Assembly (NCBI GenBank): GCA_044222185.1
Contig: JBGANV010000009.1
Span: forward strand, 1-64,000
DNA: 64,000 nt
Direction: 5' to 3'
From: Planctomycetota bacterium
Lineage (GTDB): Bacteria > Planctomycetota > GCA-002687715 > CAIWVZ01
This document shows positions 48,128 to 58,298 of this stretch, in pieces. The notes beneath the pieces are model-generated. The model was not told the origin of the DNA and did no database searches. It saw only the letters and a list, made by a program, of their open reading frames with translations. Position 1 is the stretch's first letter, and the number at the start of each line of letters is the position of its first letter. A program made the translations under genes and the position numbers.

Positions 48128-49936
48128 ATGGCACCGACGCACCAGCGACCCACGGGCCTGAACCACGGAATCGTCGGAAACGGCAGCATCCTCGCCCTCA
48201 TCTCGCCGACGAGTGCGGTCGAGTGGCTCTGCCTTCCGCGCTTCGACTCGCCGTCGTTCTTCGGGCGGTTGCTCGACGCCGGCCGCGGAGGCACGTTTCG
48301 GATCCTGGATCCCACGGGCGAGATCACGGGACGACTCGAGTACGTGCAGGACACGAACGTCCTGATGACCCGATTCGAGAGCGACGATGCGGTGTGGGAG
48401 GTCCTCGACTTCGCCCCGCGCCTTCCTGACGGCTGGGGAACGCGTGCGCCACGCGAGCTGATCCGCATCGTTCGACCGATCCGTGGAACTCCACGCGTCG
48501 TCGTCGATTTCGACCCGCGGCCGGACTACGGGCGTGCGCGCCCGGAACTCGTTGACGTGGGCAACGGGATCCAGGTGCACGGGGCCGAGGTCCCGGTGAC
48601 TCTGCTCACCGACGCACCGCCCGCGTACATCCTCGGGCGGCGTCCGTTTCTCCTGACGGCGCCCGTGCACTTCCGCCTGGTGTATGGGCGCGTCGGCGGC
48701 GCCGTGGACGCGGCCACCATCGGGCACGAGCTGGGCTCGACGATCGAAGGTTGGCGTGCGTGGGCACGGACGTGCGCGCTGCCCATCTTCGAGCCCGCTG
48801 CCGTGCTTCGCTCGGCCCTTTGTCTCAAGCTCCACGCCTACCAGGAGACGGGCGCGATCATCGCGGCCGCAACCACGAGCATTCCCGAAGCCATGGGGAC
48901 CGAGCGCACGTGGGACTATCGGTTCTGCTGGCTGCGCGATGCCGCGTTCACGGTGGATGCCTTGCGACGCCTGTCGCACCTGGCCGAGGGCGCACGGTTC
49001 ATTCACTTCCTACGGAACGTCGCCGAATCGGGTCCGCTCCAACCCGTCTACGGCATCGACGGACGCCGCGATCTCGAGGAAGTCATGCTGCCGCATCTCT
49101 CCGGATTCGCGGGCAACGGCCACGTTCGCATCGGCAATGCTGCGGCTATCCAGCGTCAGAACGATTTGTTCGGTGAGTTGATCCTCTGCCTTTCGTCGCT
49201 GCTGGAGGATCCGCGTTCGCTCGAGGCGGAGCGAACGGGCTACATGCCGCTCGTCGAGCGACTCGTGGAGGAGGCCGTGGCCGCAGCGCCGACGGATGAC
49301 ATGGGCATCTGGGAATTTCGCACGATGCTCAAACCGCACACGTTCTCCCACGCGATGTGTTGGGCGGCCATCGATCGCGGGTCGCGTGTCGCACGAGTCT
49401 GCGGCCGCCCGGACCTCGCGGCCCGGTGGGAGGGAATCTCCGCGACCGAGCGGACGACGGTGCTCGAGCGCGGATTCAACGCCTCTCGTGGCTACTTCAC
49501 GCAGGCGCTCGACGGAGAGAACCCCGACGCGTCCAATCTGTTGCTCGCGTCCATCGGCCTGATTGACGGCCGCGATCCCCGGTTCGTTTCCACAGTCGAT
49601 GCCTACGAGAAACTCCTGGGGCGCGACGGCTTGATGCTTCGATATCGCACACCCGACGATCTGGGACTGGCGACGAGCGCGTTCACGATCTGCAGTTTCT
49701 GGCAGGTGGAGGCGCTCGCCTTGTCGGGTCGCCTCGACGACGCGATCGACAGGTTCCGCTACCTCCTCAGATTCGCGAACCCGGTCGGGCTGTTCTCGGA
49801 GGACATCGACCCGCCGACGGGCGCTCTGCTCGGAAACTTCCCCCAGGCGTACACGCACGTCGGCCTCGTCAACGCCGCGATGACGATCGGCGGCTTGCTC
49901 GAGGCGCGCGAAGGGCGGATCCGGACGTGGAGGTGA
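48128..49936 (+). CDS. glycoside hydrolase family 15 (trehalase-like)
   Basis: WLCLPRFDSPS.F, GAIIAA.TTS.PE, WDYR.CWLRD, GIWE.R, LFSED, LGNFPQAYTH. Confidence 0.93.
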   Translation: MAPTHQRPTGLNHGIVGNGSILALISPTSAVEWLCLPRFDSPSFFGRLLDAGRGGTFRILDPTGEITGRLEYVQDTNVLMTRFESDDAVWEVLDFAPRLPDGWGTRAPRELIRIVRPIRGTPRVVVDFDPRPDYGRARPELVDVGNGIQVHGAEVPVTLLTDAPPAYILGRRPFLLTAPVHFRLVYGRVGGAVDAATIGHELGSTIEGWRAWARTCALPIFEPAAVLRSALCLKLHAYQETGAIIAAATTSIPEAMGTERTWDYRFCWLRDAAFTVDALRRLSHLAEGARFIHFLRNVAESGPLQPVYGIDGRRDLEEVMLPHLSGFAGNGHVRIGNAAAIQRQNDLFGELILCLSSLLEDPRSLEAERTGYMPLVERLVEEAVAAAPTDDMGIWEFRTMLKPHTFSHAMCWAAIDRGSRVARVCGRPDLAARWEGISATERTTVLERGFNASRGYFTQALDGENPDASNLLLASIGLIDGRDPRFVSTVDAYEKLLGRDGLMLRYRTPDDLGLATSAFTICSFWQVEALALSGRLDDAIDRFRYLLRFANPVGLFSEDIDPPTGALLGNFPQAYTHVGLVNAAMTIGGLLEAREGRIRTWR

Positions 49937-52188
49937 ATGTTCCGCGAGTCTCATCTGGCAGGACGGTCCTCGTCGCGAACAGGCTGCCGGCCACGATCGT
50001 CGCCACGGACGATGGCGCTCGCCTCGAGCCTTCGGTCGGCGGCGTCGCCACCGGGCTGAAGGCCGTTCACGATGCGGGCGGGGGCGTCTGGGTTGGATGG
50101 CCCGGCGAGGTTCCACGCCTGTCACGGAATGCGCGTTCGGCCCTCGATCGCGAGTTCTCCGCCCTCCGCCTCGTTCCCGTGCCGCTCTCGGTCACCGAGG
50201 TCCGCCGCTTCTACGAGGGCTATGCGAACGGCGTGTTGTGGCCACTGTTCCACTACCAGCTCGAGCGGTTGCCGTTGGATTCTCGGGACTTCGACGAGTA
50301 CCGCAAGGTCAACGAGAAGTACGCCGACGTCGTCGCGAGGCACGTCCAGCCGGGCGACGACGTCTGGATTCACGACTACCAGCTCGCGTTGCTGCCGGGG
50401 CTCCTGCGCGAGCGGATCCCGGATGCGCGGATCGGCTTCTTCCTGCACATCCCGTTTCCCGCCGCGGAGGTGTTTCGAACGCTCCCGCAGCGTGAGGCCA
50501 TTCTGCGTGGAGTGCTCGGAGCGGACCTCGTCGGGTTCCACACGGTGGGCTACTTGCGCCATTTCGCCGCATCGACCGCGCACTGCCTGGGACTCGAGCC
50601 GGACTTCGACCGCGTGGGTTTCGATGGCCGCAACGTCCAACTCGGCGTGTTTCCCATGGGGGTCGATTCCCGGCACTTCGCCGACCTCGCCGCCGACGAC
50701 GGCGTCCGCGCTCGGGCGGTGGAGATCCGTGCCGGTGCTCCGGAGCGGCTCGTCGTCGGGATCGACCGCATCGACTACACGAAGGGACTGCGAAGACGCT
50801 TGTTGGCGTTCGGCCGCCTGCTCGAACGTTCACCCGAATGGCGCGGCCGTGTCCGCTACGTGCAGATCGCCGTCCCGTCGCGCACGAAGGTCGAGGCGTA
50901 CGTTCGATTCGGCCGCGAACTCGACGAGTTGGTCGGGCGCATCAACGCTGCCTACACGACGGCCGAGCAGGTTCCGATCCACTACGTCGGGCGCGGATTC
51001 GACGATCGCGAGCTGACGGCGCTGTACCGGGCCGCGGACGTGTGCGTCGTCACGCCACTCCGCGACGGCATGAATCTGGTTGCCAAGGAATTCGTCGCGT
51101 CACGCACCGACGATGACGGCGTGCTCGTTCTCAGCGAGTTTGCGGGAGCGAGCGCCGAACTCGGCGAGGCGTTGATCGTGAACCCGTTCGACATCGATGG
51201 AACCGCTGCCGCCCTCGGCCGCGCGCTCGAGATGCCTCGCGAGGAGCGCGCCACGCGCATGCGGACGCTTCGCTCGCGCGTCGTCGGTTGCGACGTGGAC
51301 GCGTGGTCGCGTGACTTCCTTCGACGGCTCGGGACCGCGGCGGCGGCGCCGCGGGCTCCCGCGCGGCAGGCGCGCATGCAGGACGTCGCGACGCTGGTCG
51401 AACGATTTGGCGGCGCGCGCCGGCTGGTGCTGTTCCTCGATTACGACGGCACGCTCGTTCCACTGGCGGCGTCGCCCGCGCTGGCGAGCCCGGACGCGAA
51501 CCTGCTCCAGCTGTTGACCCGCCTGGGTTCCCGGCCCGGGGTCGCGTTGCACGTGGTCTCGGGTCGGCCTCGCGCGGATCTCGCCCGCTGGCTGGGTCGC
51601 CTTCCCGTGGGCCTGCACGCGGAGCACGGCGTCTGGTCGCGCTCGCGACCGGGGGACGATTGGACGCTCGCCGTTCGTGCCGACGTGGATTGGAAGGAGC
51701 GGCTTCGGCCGTTCCTCGACCAGGTCACGATCTCCACCCCCGGGTCGATGCTGGAGGAGAAGACCGCCGGATTCGCCTGGCACTGGCGCGGCGCCGACCC
51801 GGAGTACGGCGCTCGCCAGGCGCTCGATCTGAGGCTTCACCTGGCGGACCTGCTGACCGGGTCGCCCGTCGAGGTCATCCAAGGCGAGAAACTCGTGGAG
51901 GTCCGGTTGCAGGCGGGCAACAAGGGCGCCGTCGTTGCGCGGGTCCTGGCCGGCATTCAGGACGCGACGGCCTGCGTCGCCATCGGCGACGATCGAACGG
52001 ACGAGGACCTTTTCGCCGCGCTGCCGCCGGAGGGCACGGCCGTCCGGGTGGGGCTCGGACCCTCAGGTGCCGAGCATCGACTGGCCGATTGGATGGAGGT
52101 GCGACGCCTGCTCGAAGGCGTCGACCGGCGGCGCCAACTGGACGGAGCAGCGTTCGCATCCGAGTCGGGCGGCACCGTGATCGACTGA
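49933..52188 (+). CDS. otsAB: bifunctional trehalose-6-phosphate synthase/phosphatase
   Basis: [43 protein letters not shown]; HAD motifs DYDGTL and GDDRTDED; GTGA overlap. Confidence 0.95.
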   Translation: MNVPRVSSGRTVLVANRLPATIVATDDGARLEPSVGGVATGLKAVHDAGGGVWVGWPGEVPRLSRNARSALDREFSALRLVPVPLSVTEVRRFYEGYANGVLWPLFHYQLERLPLDSRDFDEYRKVNEKYADVVARHVQPGDDVWIHDYQLALLPGLLRERIPDARIGFFLHIPFPAAEVFRTLPQREAILRGVLGADLVGFHTVGYLRHFAASTAHCLGLEPDFDRVGFDGRNVQLGVFPMGVDSRHFADLAADDGVRARAVEIRAGAPERLVVGIDRIDYTKGLRRRLLAFGRLLERSPEWRGRVRYVQIAVPSRTKVEAYVRFGRELDELVGRINAAYTTAEQVPIHYVGRGFDDRELTALYRAADVCVVTPLRDGMNLVAKEFVASRTDDDGVLVLSEFAGASAELGEALIVNPFDIDGTAAALGRALEMPREERATRMRTLRSRVVGCDVDAWSRDFLRRLGTAAAAPRAPARQARMQDVATLVERFGGARRLVLFLDYDGTLVPLAASPALASPDANLLQLLTRLGSRPGVALHVVSGRPRADLARWLGRLPVGLHAEHGVWSRSRPGDDWTLAVRADVDWKERLRPFLDQVTISTPGSMLEEKTAGFAWHWRGADPEYGARQALDLRLHLADLLTGSPVEVIQGEKLVEVRLQAGNKGAVVARVLAGIQDATACVAIGDDRTDEDLFAALPPEGTAVRVGLGPSGAEHRLADWMEVRRLLEGVDRRRQLDGAAFASESGGTVID

Positions 52189-52218
52189 CCTCGACGCACG
52201 ACGGCACCGGGTTTGGAC

Positions 52219-52247
52219 TTGCACCTTCGTCGCAGCTGGCGCACAAT
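52219..52247 (+). promoter_or_regulatory. candidate sigma70 promoter
   Basis: TTGCAC-N17-CACAAT at the start of the 828-bp otsAB-rne gap. Confidence 0.45.
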
Positions 52248-53016
52248 CCGACCCAAATTGCTCGGCTGGATTGCGACCGGCCGGGGTCGGCGAGTGGTCG
52301 AGGTGCGTGCCTCGCTCGCCTGGTTCCCGCAGGGAACCAACACGAAACAACGGGCGCCGGTGTGAGCCGGTGCCTTCAGGAACGTCTTTCAGCAGTCAAC
52401 TCATTCCCAGCGAGAGGGAAACGCACAGGCCAGAGCCCGGACACGAGGGAGGATTCGCGGGGCCGGCGGTGGCCGTGGAACAGGGACGGATGACGAGGAC
52501 GGGTGTGCCGATGCAAGTGCACGCTCGGACCGTACGTGCGCAGCGGGGCGACTTGACTCCGCGCTGCGCGCCGCCGCTGTGACGCCTCGGCCGATCGATC
52601 CTCGAATCCCCTGCATGAACGCATGTGATCGTTCGTGGTCGGGCCTGTGCTTCCGCTCCCGGAAGGACTCAACGTGATCGTGGCTACCGTTGGCGGGATC
52701 GAAGCGCGAAAACACGTGCGACTCGTCGAGTCGCGCGTCGCGGATCCCACGGCGGCATGTCCCGTCGGTGAGGGGAAGTTCTCGAGACTTGCTCGGTCAC
52801 GCCGGCAACGGCGCCGAGCCGACATGAACGCGCGCGCGGTCGCGCTCCGCCGGCCATCTCAGGCTGACGGACGCGTCCTGGTTCTCGCTCACACCGACAT
52901 CGTTCGGACGGGCGACTCGAACCCCGTGCGCGCCGCACGCCGCGACAACGCGGCCATTCGATCCCCTGGCCTCGCGCCGAGTCTCTCCGTTGGCGGTCCC
53001 TCGATACGAGAGGGCC

Positions 53017-54519
53017 ATGGAGAAGCGCATTTTCATCAACGCGGACGACAACGAAGAAGTCCGCATCGCGATCACCGTCGACGCTAAGCTCGAAGAGATC
53101 TACATCGAGCGGGCGTCCGCCGAGGCCTACCTCGGGAACATCTACAAGGGTGTCGTCACCAACGTCGAGCCCAGCATCGGCGCAGCCTTCGTCGACTTCG
53201 GCGGCGATCGCAACGGGTTCTTGCACGCCTCCGACGTGCTGCCGATGTACCGGCAGAACAACACGCAGATCACGGACGCGGACTGGCGAGAGGATCCGCG
53301 CAAGCACGAGAAGAGGAACATCCAGGAATACCTGATGAAAGGCCAGGACGTCCTCGTGCAGGTCACGAAGGACGGCATCGGCAAGAAGGGCCCGACGCTC
53401 ACGACGTACCTGAGCATTCCCGGCCGTTACCTCGTCCTCATGCCGAGCCTCACGCGCTCCGGCGTCTCGAAGAAGATCGAGGATCGCGAGGAGCGGCACC
53501 GCCTGAAGCAGTTGCTCGAGCGCATCGATCCGCCGCCGGGCATGGGATACATCATCCGCACGGCCGGCATCGGGCGCAGCGAGGAAGAGCTGAAGAAGGA
53601 TCTGGATTACCTCCTCAAGCTCTGGAACACGATCGTCAAGCGCGTGAAGAGCGATCGCACGCCGTCGACCGTGTATCAGGAGTCGGACATCGTCATCCGA
53701 ACGATCCGCGACACGTTCACCGCCGACGTGAACGAGGTCATCATCGACAACGAGATCGTCTTCAAGAAGGCGAAGGACTTCCTCCGCGCCGTCATGGCCG
53801 ACCACGAGGACCGCGTGAAGATGTACACGGACAAACGTCCGCTCTTCCATGCGTTCCAACTGGAGGAGGAGATCGACCGGGTCTTCCAGCGCAAGGTCAA
53901 CCTGAAGAGCGGTGGATCGCTCGTGATCGATCAGACGGAAGCGCTCGTCGCCATCGACGTGAACTCGGGCAAGTATCGCGACGAGGAAGACCTGGAGGAG
54001 ACGGCCTTCCGCACCAACATGGAAGCCGTGCAGGAGATCGCCCGCCACCTGCGGCTCCGCGACCTCGGTGGCGTGATCATCAACGACTTCATCGACATGC
54101 AGGACGACCGCCACAAGCGGGAGGTCGAGCGTCACCTGCGCGAGTGCCTGAAGGATCACAAGGAGCGGATGAAGGTCGCACGCATCTCGCCGTTCGGCAT
54201 GATCGAGATGACGCGGCAGCGAGTCCGGCCGAGCCTCTCGCGCAGCAACTCCGTGCCGTGCCCGCACTGCAAGGGGTCGGGATTCGTGAAGACCGTGGAC
54301 TCCGTCGGACTGAAGATCCTCCGCGAGATCACGGAGGTCTTGTGGCGCAACAAGGCTCGCCGTGTCCGCGTCCGCGCCAATCCCCGTGTCGCCGATTTCC
54401 TCCGCCGCAACAAGGGCGAGAAGATCCGCGGGATGGAAGAGCACTACCAGAAGCCCATCCTCATCGTCGGTGACCACGACCTGGGCACCGAGGACTACGA
54501 AGTGCAGCGACTGAAGTAG
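53017..54519 (+). CDS. rne: Rne/Rng family ribonuclease (catalytic domain only)
   Basis: GNIYKG.V..VEP.I.AAFVD, QV.K..IG.KG, IDVNSG, LRLRDLGG.I..DFIDM, CPHC.G; no long C-terminal scaffold. Confidence 0.95.
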   Translation: MEKRIFINADDNEEVRIAITVDAKLEEIYIERASAEAYLGNIYKGVVTNVEPSIGAAFVDFGGDRNGFLHASDVLPMYRQNNTQITDADWREDPRKHEKRNIQEYLMKGQDVLVQVTKDGIGKKGPTLTTYLSIPGRYLVLMPSLTRSGVSKKIEDREERHRLKQLLERIDPPPGMGYIIRTAGIGRSEEELKKDLDYLLKLWNTIVKRVKSDRTPSTVYQESDIVIRTIRDTFTADVNEVIIDNEIVFKKAKDFLRAVMADHEDRVKMYTDKRPLFHAFQLEEEIDRVFQRKVNLKSGGSLVIDQTEALVAIDVNSGKYRDEEDLEETAFRTNMEAVQEIARHLRLRDLGGVIINDFIDMQDDRHKREVERHLRECLKDHKERMKVARISPFGMIEMTRQRVRPSLSRSNSVPCPHCKGSGFVKTVDSVGLKILREITEVLWRNKARRVRVRANPRVADFLRRNKGEKIRGMEEHYQKPILIVGDHDLGTEDYEVQRLK

Positions 54520-54565
54520 GGGAGCCCGGGCCGGTCGTCAGCCGCGTCGCCGCAGTGAGGTGTGG

Positions 54566-54886
54566 TCCGGAGCGCCGGGCTCCAGCCCGGCCGGATGGCA
54601 GGGCTCCGCCCTGCCGCGACCTCCACCCGCCTCCCGCTCACTCGACGCCTTCCAACGTCGCAAGCCGCCGGCGCACCCACAGCGCTCCGCATGGGCCGCG
54701 GCCCAATCACCGACGACTTCCCATGCCCGATGAAGCGCGACGCGGAAGCCAGCCGCGTCACCACGGGGCCGCGACGTTCCGGAGCGCCGGGCTCCAGCCC
54801 GGCCGGATGGCAGGGCTCCGCCCTGCCGCGACCTCCACCCGCCTCCCGCTCACTCGACGCCTTCCAACGTCGCAAGCCGCCGGCGC
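54566..54886. repeat. 109-bp exact direct repeat (54566-54674 and 54778-54886) with REP-like palindromes
   Basis: Identical copies 212 bp apart, each containing CCGGGCT-CC-AGCCCGG and GGCAGGGC-TCC-GCCCTGCC hairpins. Confidence 0.9.
54638..54770 (-). pseudogene. duplicated, internally deleted remnant of the kinase gene 3' end
   Basis: 54680-54726 matches 54974-55020 (47 bp, differing only in a 6-nt core); the stop-codon region is duplicated at 54638. Confidence 0.6.
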
Positions 54887-57366
54887 CATTCCGCCCGCGC
54901 GACCCCCCAATCCGGTCGCGGATCGATCAACGCGAACGCATCGACGAGGTCGAGGTGGAGCCGCGCGATCGCGCAGCGCTCCGCATGGGCCGCGTGCCCC
55001 TCACCGACGACTTCCCATGCGTGGTGAAGGGCGACCGCGGCGTCCGCATGCCGGCCCGTCACCAGGCGCGCCACGGCGAGGCGGCGGAGCACCTCGGGCT
55101 TCAGTGCGTGCGTCCGGTTGGCTTGCACGCGGGTCATGAGCTCATCGGCCTCCACCGAGCGCGACGTTGCGAGCAGGATGTCTGCGAGGCGCAGGTCGAG
55201 CGTGAGGGTATCCGTCTTCAGGGCCGTCGCGTCCACGTAGCCCTCGCGGACGATGCGCTCGGCCTCCGAGAACTTGCCCGCGTTCACGAGGTGCTCGGCG
55301 AGCCTCCCGCACTGATCGACGACGCGGCGGTGCGGAAGTTTGGTCACGAGCCGCATCATGGCGAGGCCGTCTCTCATGGCAACTTCGCCTTCAGCGTCCT
55401 GCCCCGACCTCGCGAGGATCGTTCCCAGGTTGAAGCGTGCGTGCGCGACGTCGAAATGAGGCTGGCCATGGTGGAACTTCTCGATCATGGCGAGTGCCTG
55501 GCGCGCCTTGGTTTCCGCCTCGATCGGCTGGCGGTGGTCGATCAACACGGTCGCCATGGAGCCCAGGACGATCGCCACGTTCTCGTCCTCGTCGCCCAAC
55601 CCGGCGCGATAGATCGAAAGCGCCTCCGAGTAGGCCTCCAACGCGGCATCGAGTCGACCGGTTCGGCGACAGAGGATCCCAAGGCTGCTGAGGGCCTGCG
55701 CCAGATCGAGACTCTCGGGGCCCAGGAGCTCCCGGCGCAGGCGGATGGCTTCACGTTGGAAACGCTCGGCCTGGGCGAATCGTTCGGCCTCGCGATTCAC
55801 GCGCGCCATGTACTGCGCGACGTCAGCGGCCTGTTGGCTGTATCCACCGAACAGCTTCTCCTGGAGCGGCGCCACGGCGGCGAGGTGCTGCTCCGCCGCG
55901 TCGAGGAGACCGACGGCCACGTACGTTTCGACGACGCTCATGCGGATCGCGTACTCGGCCTCCGGCCCACCGGCGATTCCACGCTTCATGAGTTTCTTCG
56001 AGACGTCGTCCACGGCTTCACGCACCGTCATGTCGGCGCGGCCGTCGGCGTACATGGGGTTCCCCATGCGAAACACGTCCCTCATGAACTCGACGATCTG
56101 GACCTTCACGGCCAGATCGGCTTTCGCCTTGACTTCGGAGGCCTCGGCCGCCGCCCGCAGCGCGTCGGCGTTGACGCGAAGGTCGTGCTCCCGCCGGGCG
56201 GCCGCGCGTTCCAACAGGTAGAGGACGATGGGGCCGCCAACGACCAGAAGCACGCCGAGGACGATGGACGTCGCGGCTGCCGGCCGACGCAGTGCGAATC
56301 TGCTGGCGCGGTGAGCGAGACTGGCCCGCCGTGCCGCGACGGGTTCTGATCGCAAGAACCGGTCCAGGTCGTCCGCGAACGCGGCAGCGGTCGGGTAGCG
56401 ACGCGACACCTCCGGATCCATCGCCTTCGCGATGACGGTCGCGAGGTCCCGCGGCACGCTGGAATCGAGGTCGCTCAGCGTCCGCGGACGCGACGCCTCC
56501 AGACGGCCCAACAGCGCCGCCGTCGAACCCGTGCCGAACGGCGGGGCGCCCGCGAGCGTCGCGTACAACGTCGCACCGAGGCCGTACACGTCCGTCCAAG
56601 GTCCCACGTCCGCGTTTCGACCGCGGAGCTGCTCGGGCGCTGCGAACGCGACCGTCCCGAGGAAGTCGCCCGATGCCGTGTGCTGGGATTGCTCGGCGTC
56701 GCGAACGAGGCTGAAGTCGGAGAGCACGGCGGTTCCATCCCGGCGGAGGAGGATGTTGCCGGGCTTCAAGTCGCGATGGATCAGCCCCACGGCGTGAGCG
56801 GCGCTCAGGGCGTGCGCGATCGCGGATCCAATCCGAGCAACGGCGCGCGGATCCGCGGACAGGCGTCCTCCAGCCGCCGCTCTCCCGAGCGTCGTCCCGT
56901 CGATCCACTCCATTGCGAACGCGCAGACGTCGGGCGTCGTGATCACGTCGTAGATCGCCACGACGTTCTCGTGATTGACGCGCCCGAGCGCCCGAGCCTC
57001 CACGGAGAAGCGTTCGCGCGATCGCGGTGAGTTGACGAGCGACGGTGCGAGGACCTTCAGCGCGACGATCCGGCCGACGGCTTCCTGCCGCGCGCGGTAG
57101 ACGATCCCCATTCCGCCGCGGCCCACTTCCTCCAGCAACGTGAAGCCCGGTATGCCCGGAAGCTCCGTTCGGAGGACCGGCTTCCGTGTGACGGCGACGT
57201 CCCGCGCGAGTTCGAGGGCCTCCAGGATACGGTCGCGGAGGTGCTCACGGCCTTCGAGGAATCGGCCGACGTCGAGGACCGCGCCCTCGGCCTGGCATTG
57301 GACCGCTGCGTCGAAGACGTCGTCGACGATCTCGTCGTCGCTGCGAGGATCGGCTTGGATTGCCAT
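54850..57366 (-). CDS. Hanks-type Ser/Thr protein kinase with TM helix and TPR repeats
   Basis: GRGGMGIVY, VALK, HRDLKPGNILL, DFS (in place of DFG), APEQ, DVYGLG; then a TM helix and TPR-like helices. Confidence 0.93.
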   Translation of the reverse strand: MAIQADPRSDDEIVDDVFDAAVQCQAEGAVLDVGRFLEGREHLRDRILEALELARDVAVTRKPVLRTELPGIPGFTLLEEVGRGGMGIVYRARQEAVGRIVALKVLAPSLVNSPRSRERFSVEARALGRVNHENVVAIYDVITTPDVCAFAMEWIDGTTLGRAAAGGRLSADPRAVARIGSAIAHALSAAHAVGLIHRDLKPGNILLRRDGTAVLSDFSLVRDAEQSQHTASGDFLGTVAFAAPEQLRGRNADVGPWTDVYGLGATLYATLAGAPPFGTGSTAALLGRLEASRPRTLSDLDSSVPRDLATVIAKAMDPEVSRRYPTAAAFADDLDRFLRSEPVAARRASLAHRASRFALRRPAAATSIVLGVLLVVGGPIVLYLLERAAARREHDLRVNADALRAAAEASEVKAKADLAVKVQIVEFMRDVFRMGNPMYADGRADMTVREAVDDVSKKLMKRGIAGGPEAEYAIRMSVVETYVAVGLLDAAEQHLAAVAPLQEKLFGGYSQQAADVAQYMARVNREAERFAQAERFQREAIRLRRELLGPESLDLAQALSSLGILCRRTGRLDAALEAYSEALSIYRAGLGDEDENVAIVLGSMATVLIDHRQPIEAETKARQALAMIEKFHHGQPHFDVAHARFNLGTILARSGQDAEGEVAMRDGLAMMRLVTKLPHRRVVDQCGRLAEHLVNAGKFSEAERIVREGYVDATALKTDTLTLDLRLADILLATSRSVEADELMTRVQANRTHALKPEVLRRLAVARLVTGRHADAAVALHHAWEVVGEGHAAHAERCAIARLHLDLVDAFALIDPRPDWGVARAEWRRRLATLEGVE

Positions 57367-58026
57367 GGGGCCTCGAAATCTGCCTGGGTGAACCCAGCGC
57401 CTGGCGATGTACGTCGCGGCCTTGGCCGCGGCGCCACGCATGCGCACCGGCGACTCCGTCCGGATCTATCTTCGGGCGGCGAGTCTACAGCAGGCCGCCG
57501 CCGCGCGCTTCGCGGTTCGGGAAACGGTCGCCGCGCGCGCGACGCGGCGGAACCGACACTCGGATGCGGGCCACTCCGAGCCGCTGGCGGGTGTCCGGCG
57601 GTGTGTTCCGGGCGGAACCGCTGGTCGTTCACCGACGTGTCGTTCGAAGGACACGAGCGCGTCCTCGTGCGGCCGTCGAGGGGAACCTCAGCGTCGACCT
57701 CGACCGATCTTGAAGACTCGCCCTGCTGGCCGCGCGGACCGCTCGATCCGACGCGGTCGGGAGGAGTGCCGTCGGCGGGGCATGGACCGAGCTCGACACG
57801 ATGAACCGTCGATTCCACACGGGACGCGGCGGACGGTGAGAGTTGGCCCGGCGCCTTCGCGATCCCGGACTGGGCGACTTGTGTGGGCACGGTCGCGCCC
57901 GGCCCGGTCCTGACGAGCGGAAACGGCGAGTGTCGGGTGGTGGTTCGCATGTTTCGTCGGTTCCAGCGAGGCCGCGGCGAGCGCCGCGGGCGTCCGCCGT
58001 GCCGACCCGTGGGGATCGACCGAATC

Positions 58027-58138
58027 CAACAACGGAAATCCGGACGTGAAGCGCCGTGAGTTTCCGAAGCGGCATTCACCGGATCGCCCGAAAACGCGCA
58101 CGGTGCCCCGACGCTTTCGCGACGGACTTCCGTTGTTG
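58027..58138. repeat. long imperfect inverted repeat
   Basis: CAACAACGGAAATCCG (58027-58042) pairs with CGGACTTCCGTTGTTG (58123-58138) at 15/16 positions and extends inward. Confidence 0.75.
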
Positions 58139-58298
58139 AGGCTCGGAGTCCCTCGCCGCACGACACGTTCGACTGCGGTCGGCTGCGGGCCGGTGGCCGG
58201 TCGCCGACCCGGGCGCGGCCGCGTGCAGGCGCCTGGAGTTCGATCCCGAAGACCACGTCGATCACGGCCGACCCCGCCCGCCGGAACGGCCAGAAGGA

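Noticed and set aside
52395-52475. c-di-GMP-I riboswitch resemblance (AAC.CATTC...ACGCA.AG.CC)
   Set aside because: The GNRA loop/receptor and P1 pairing are not convincingly present; it would need an Infernal search.
52635-53087. 150-aa ORF upstream of rne
   Set aside because: Overlaps rne out of frame, has no RBS or motifs, and shows atypical codon usage.
54566-54886. CRISPR array
   Set aside because: Only two 109-bp copies, no spacer series and no cas genes.
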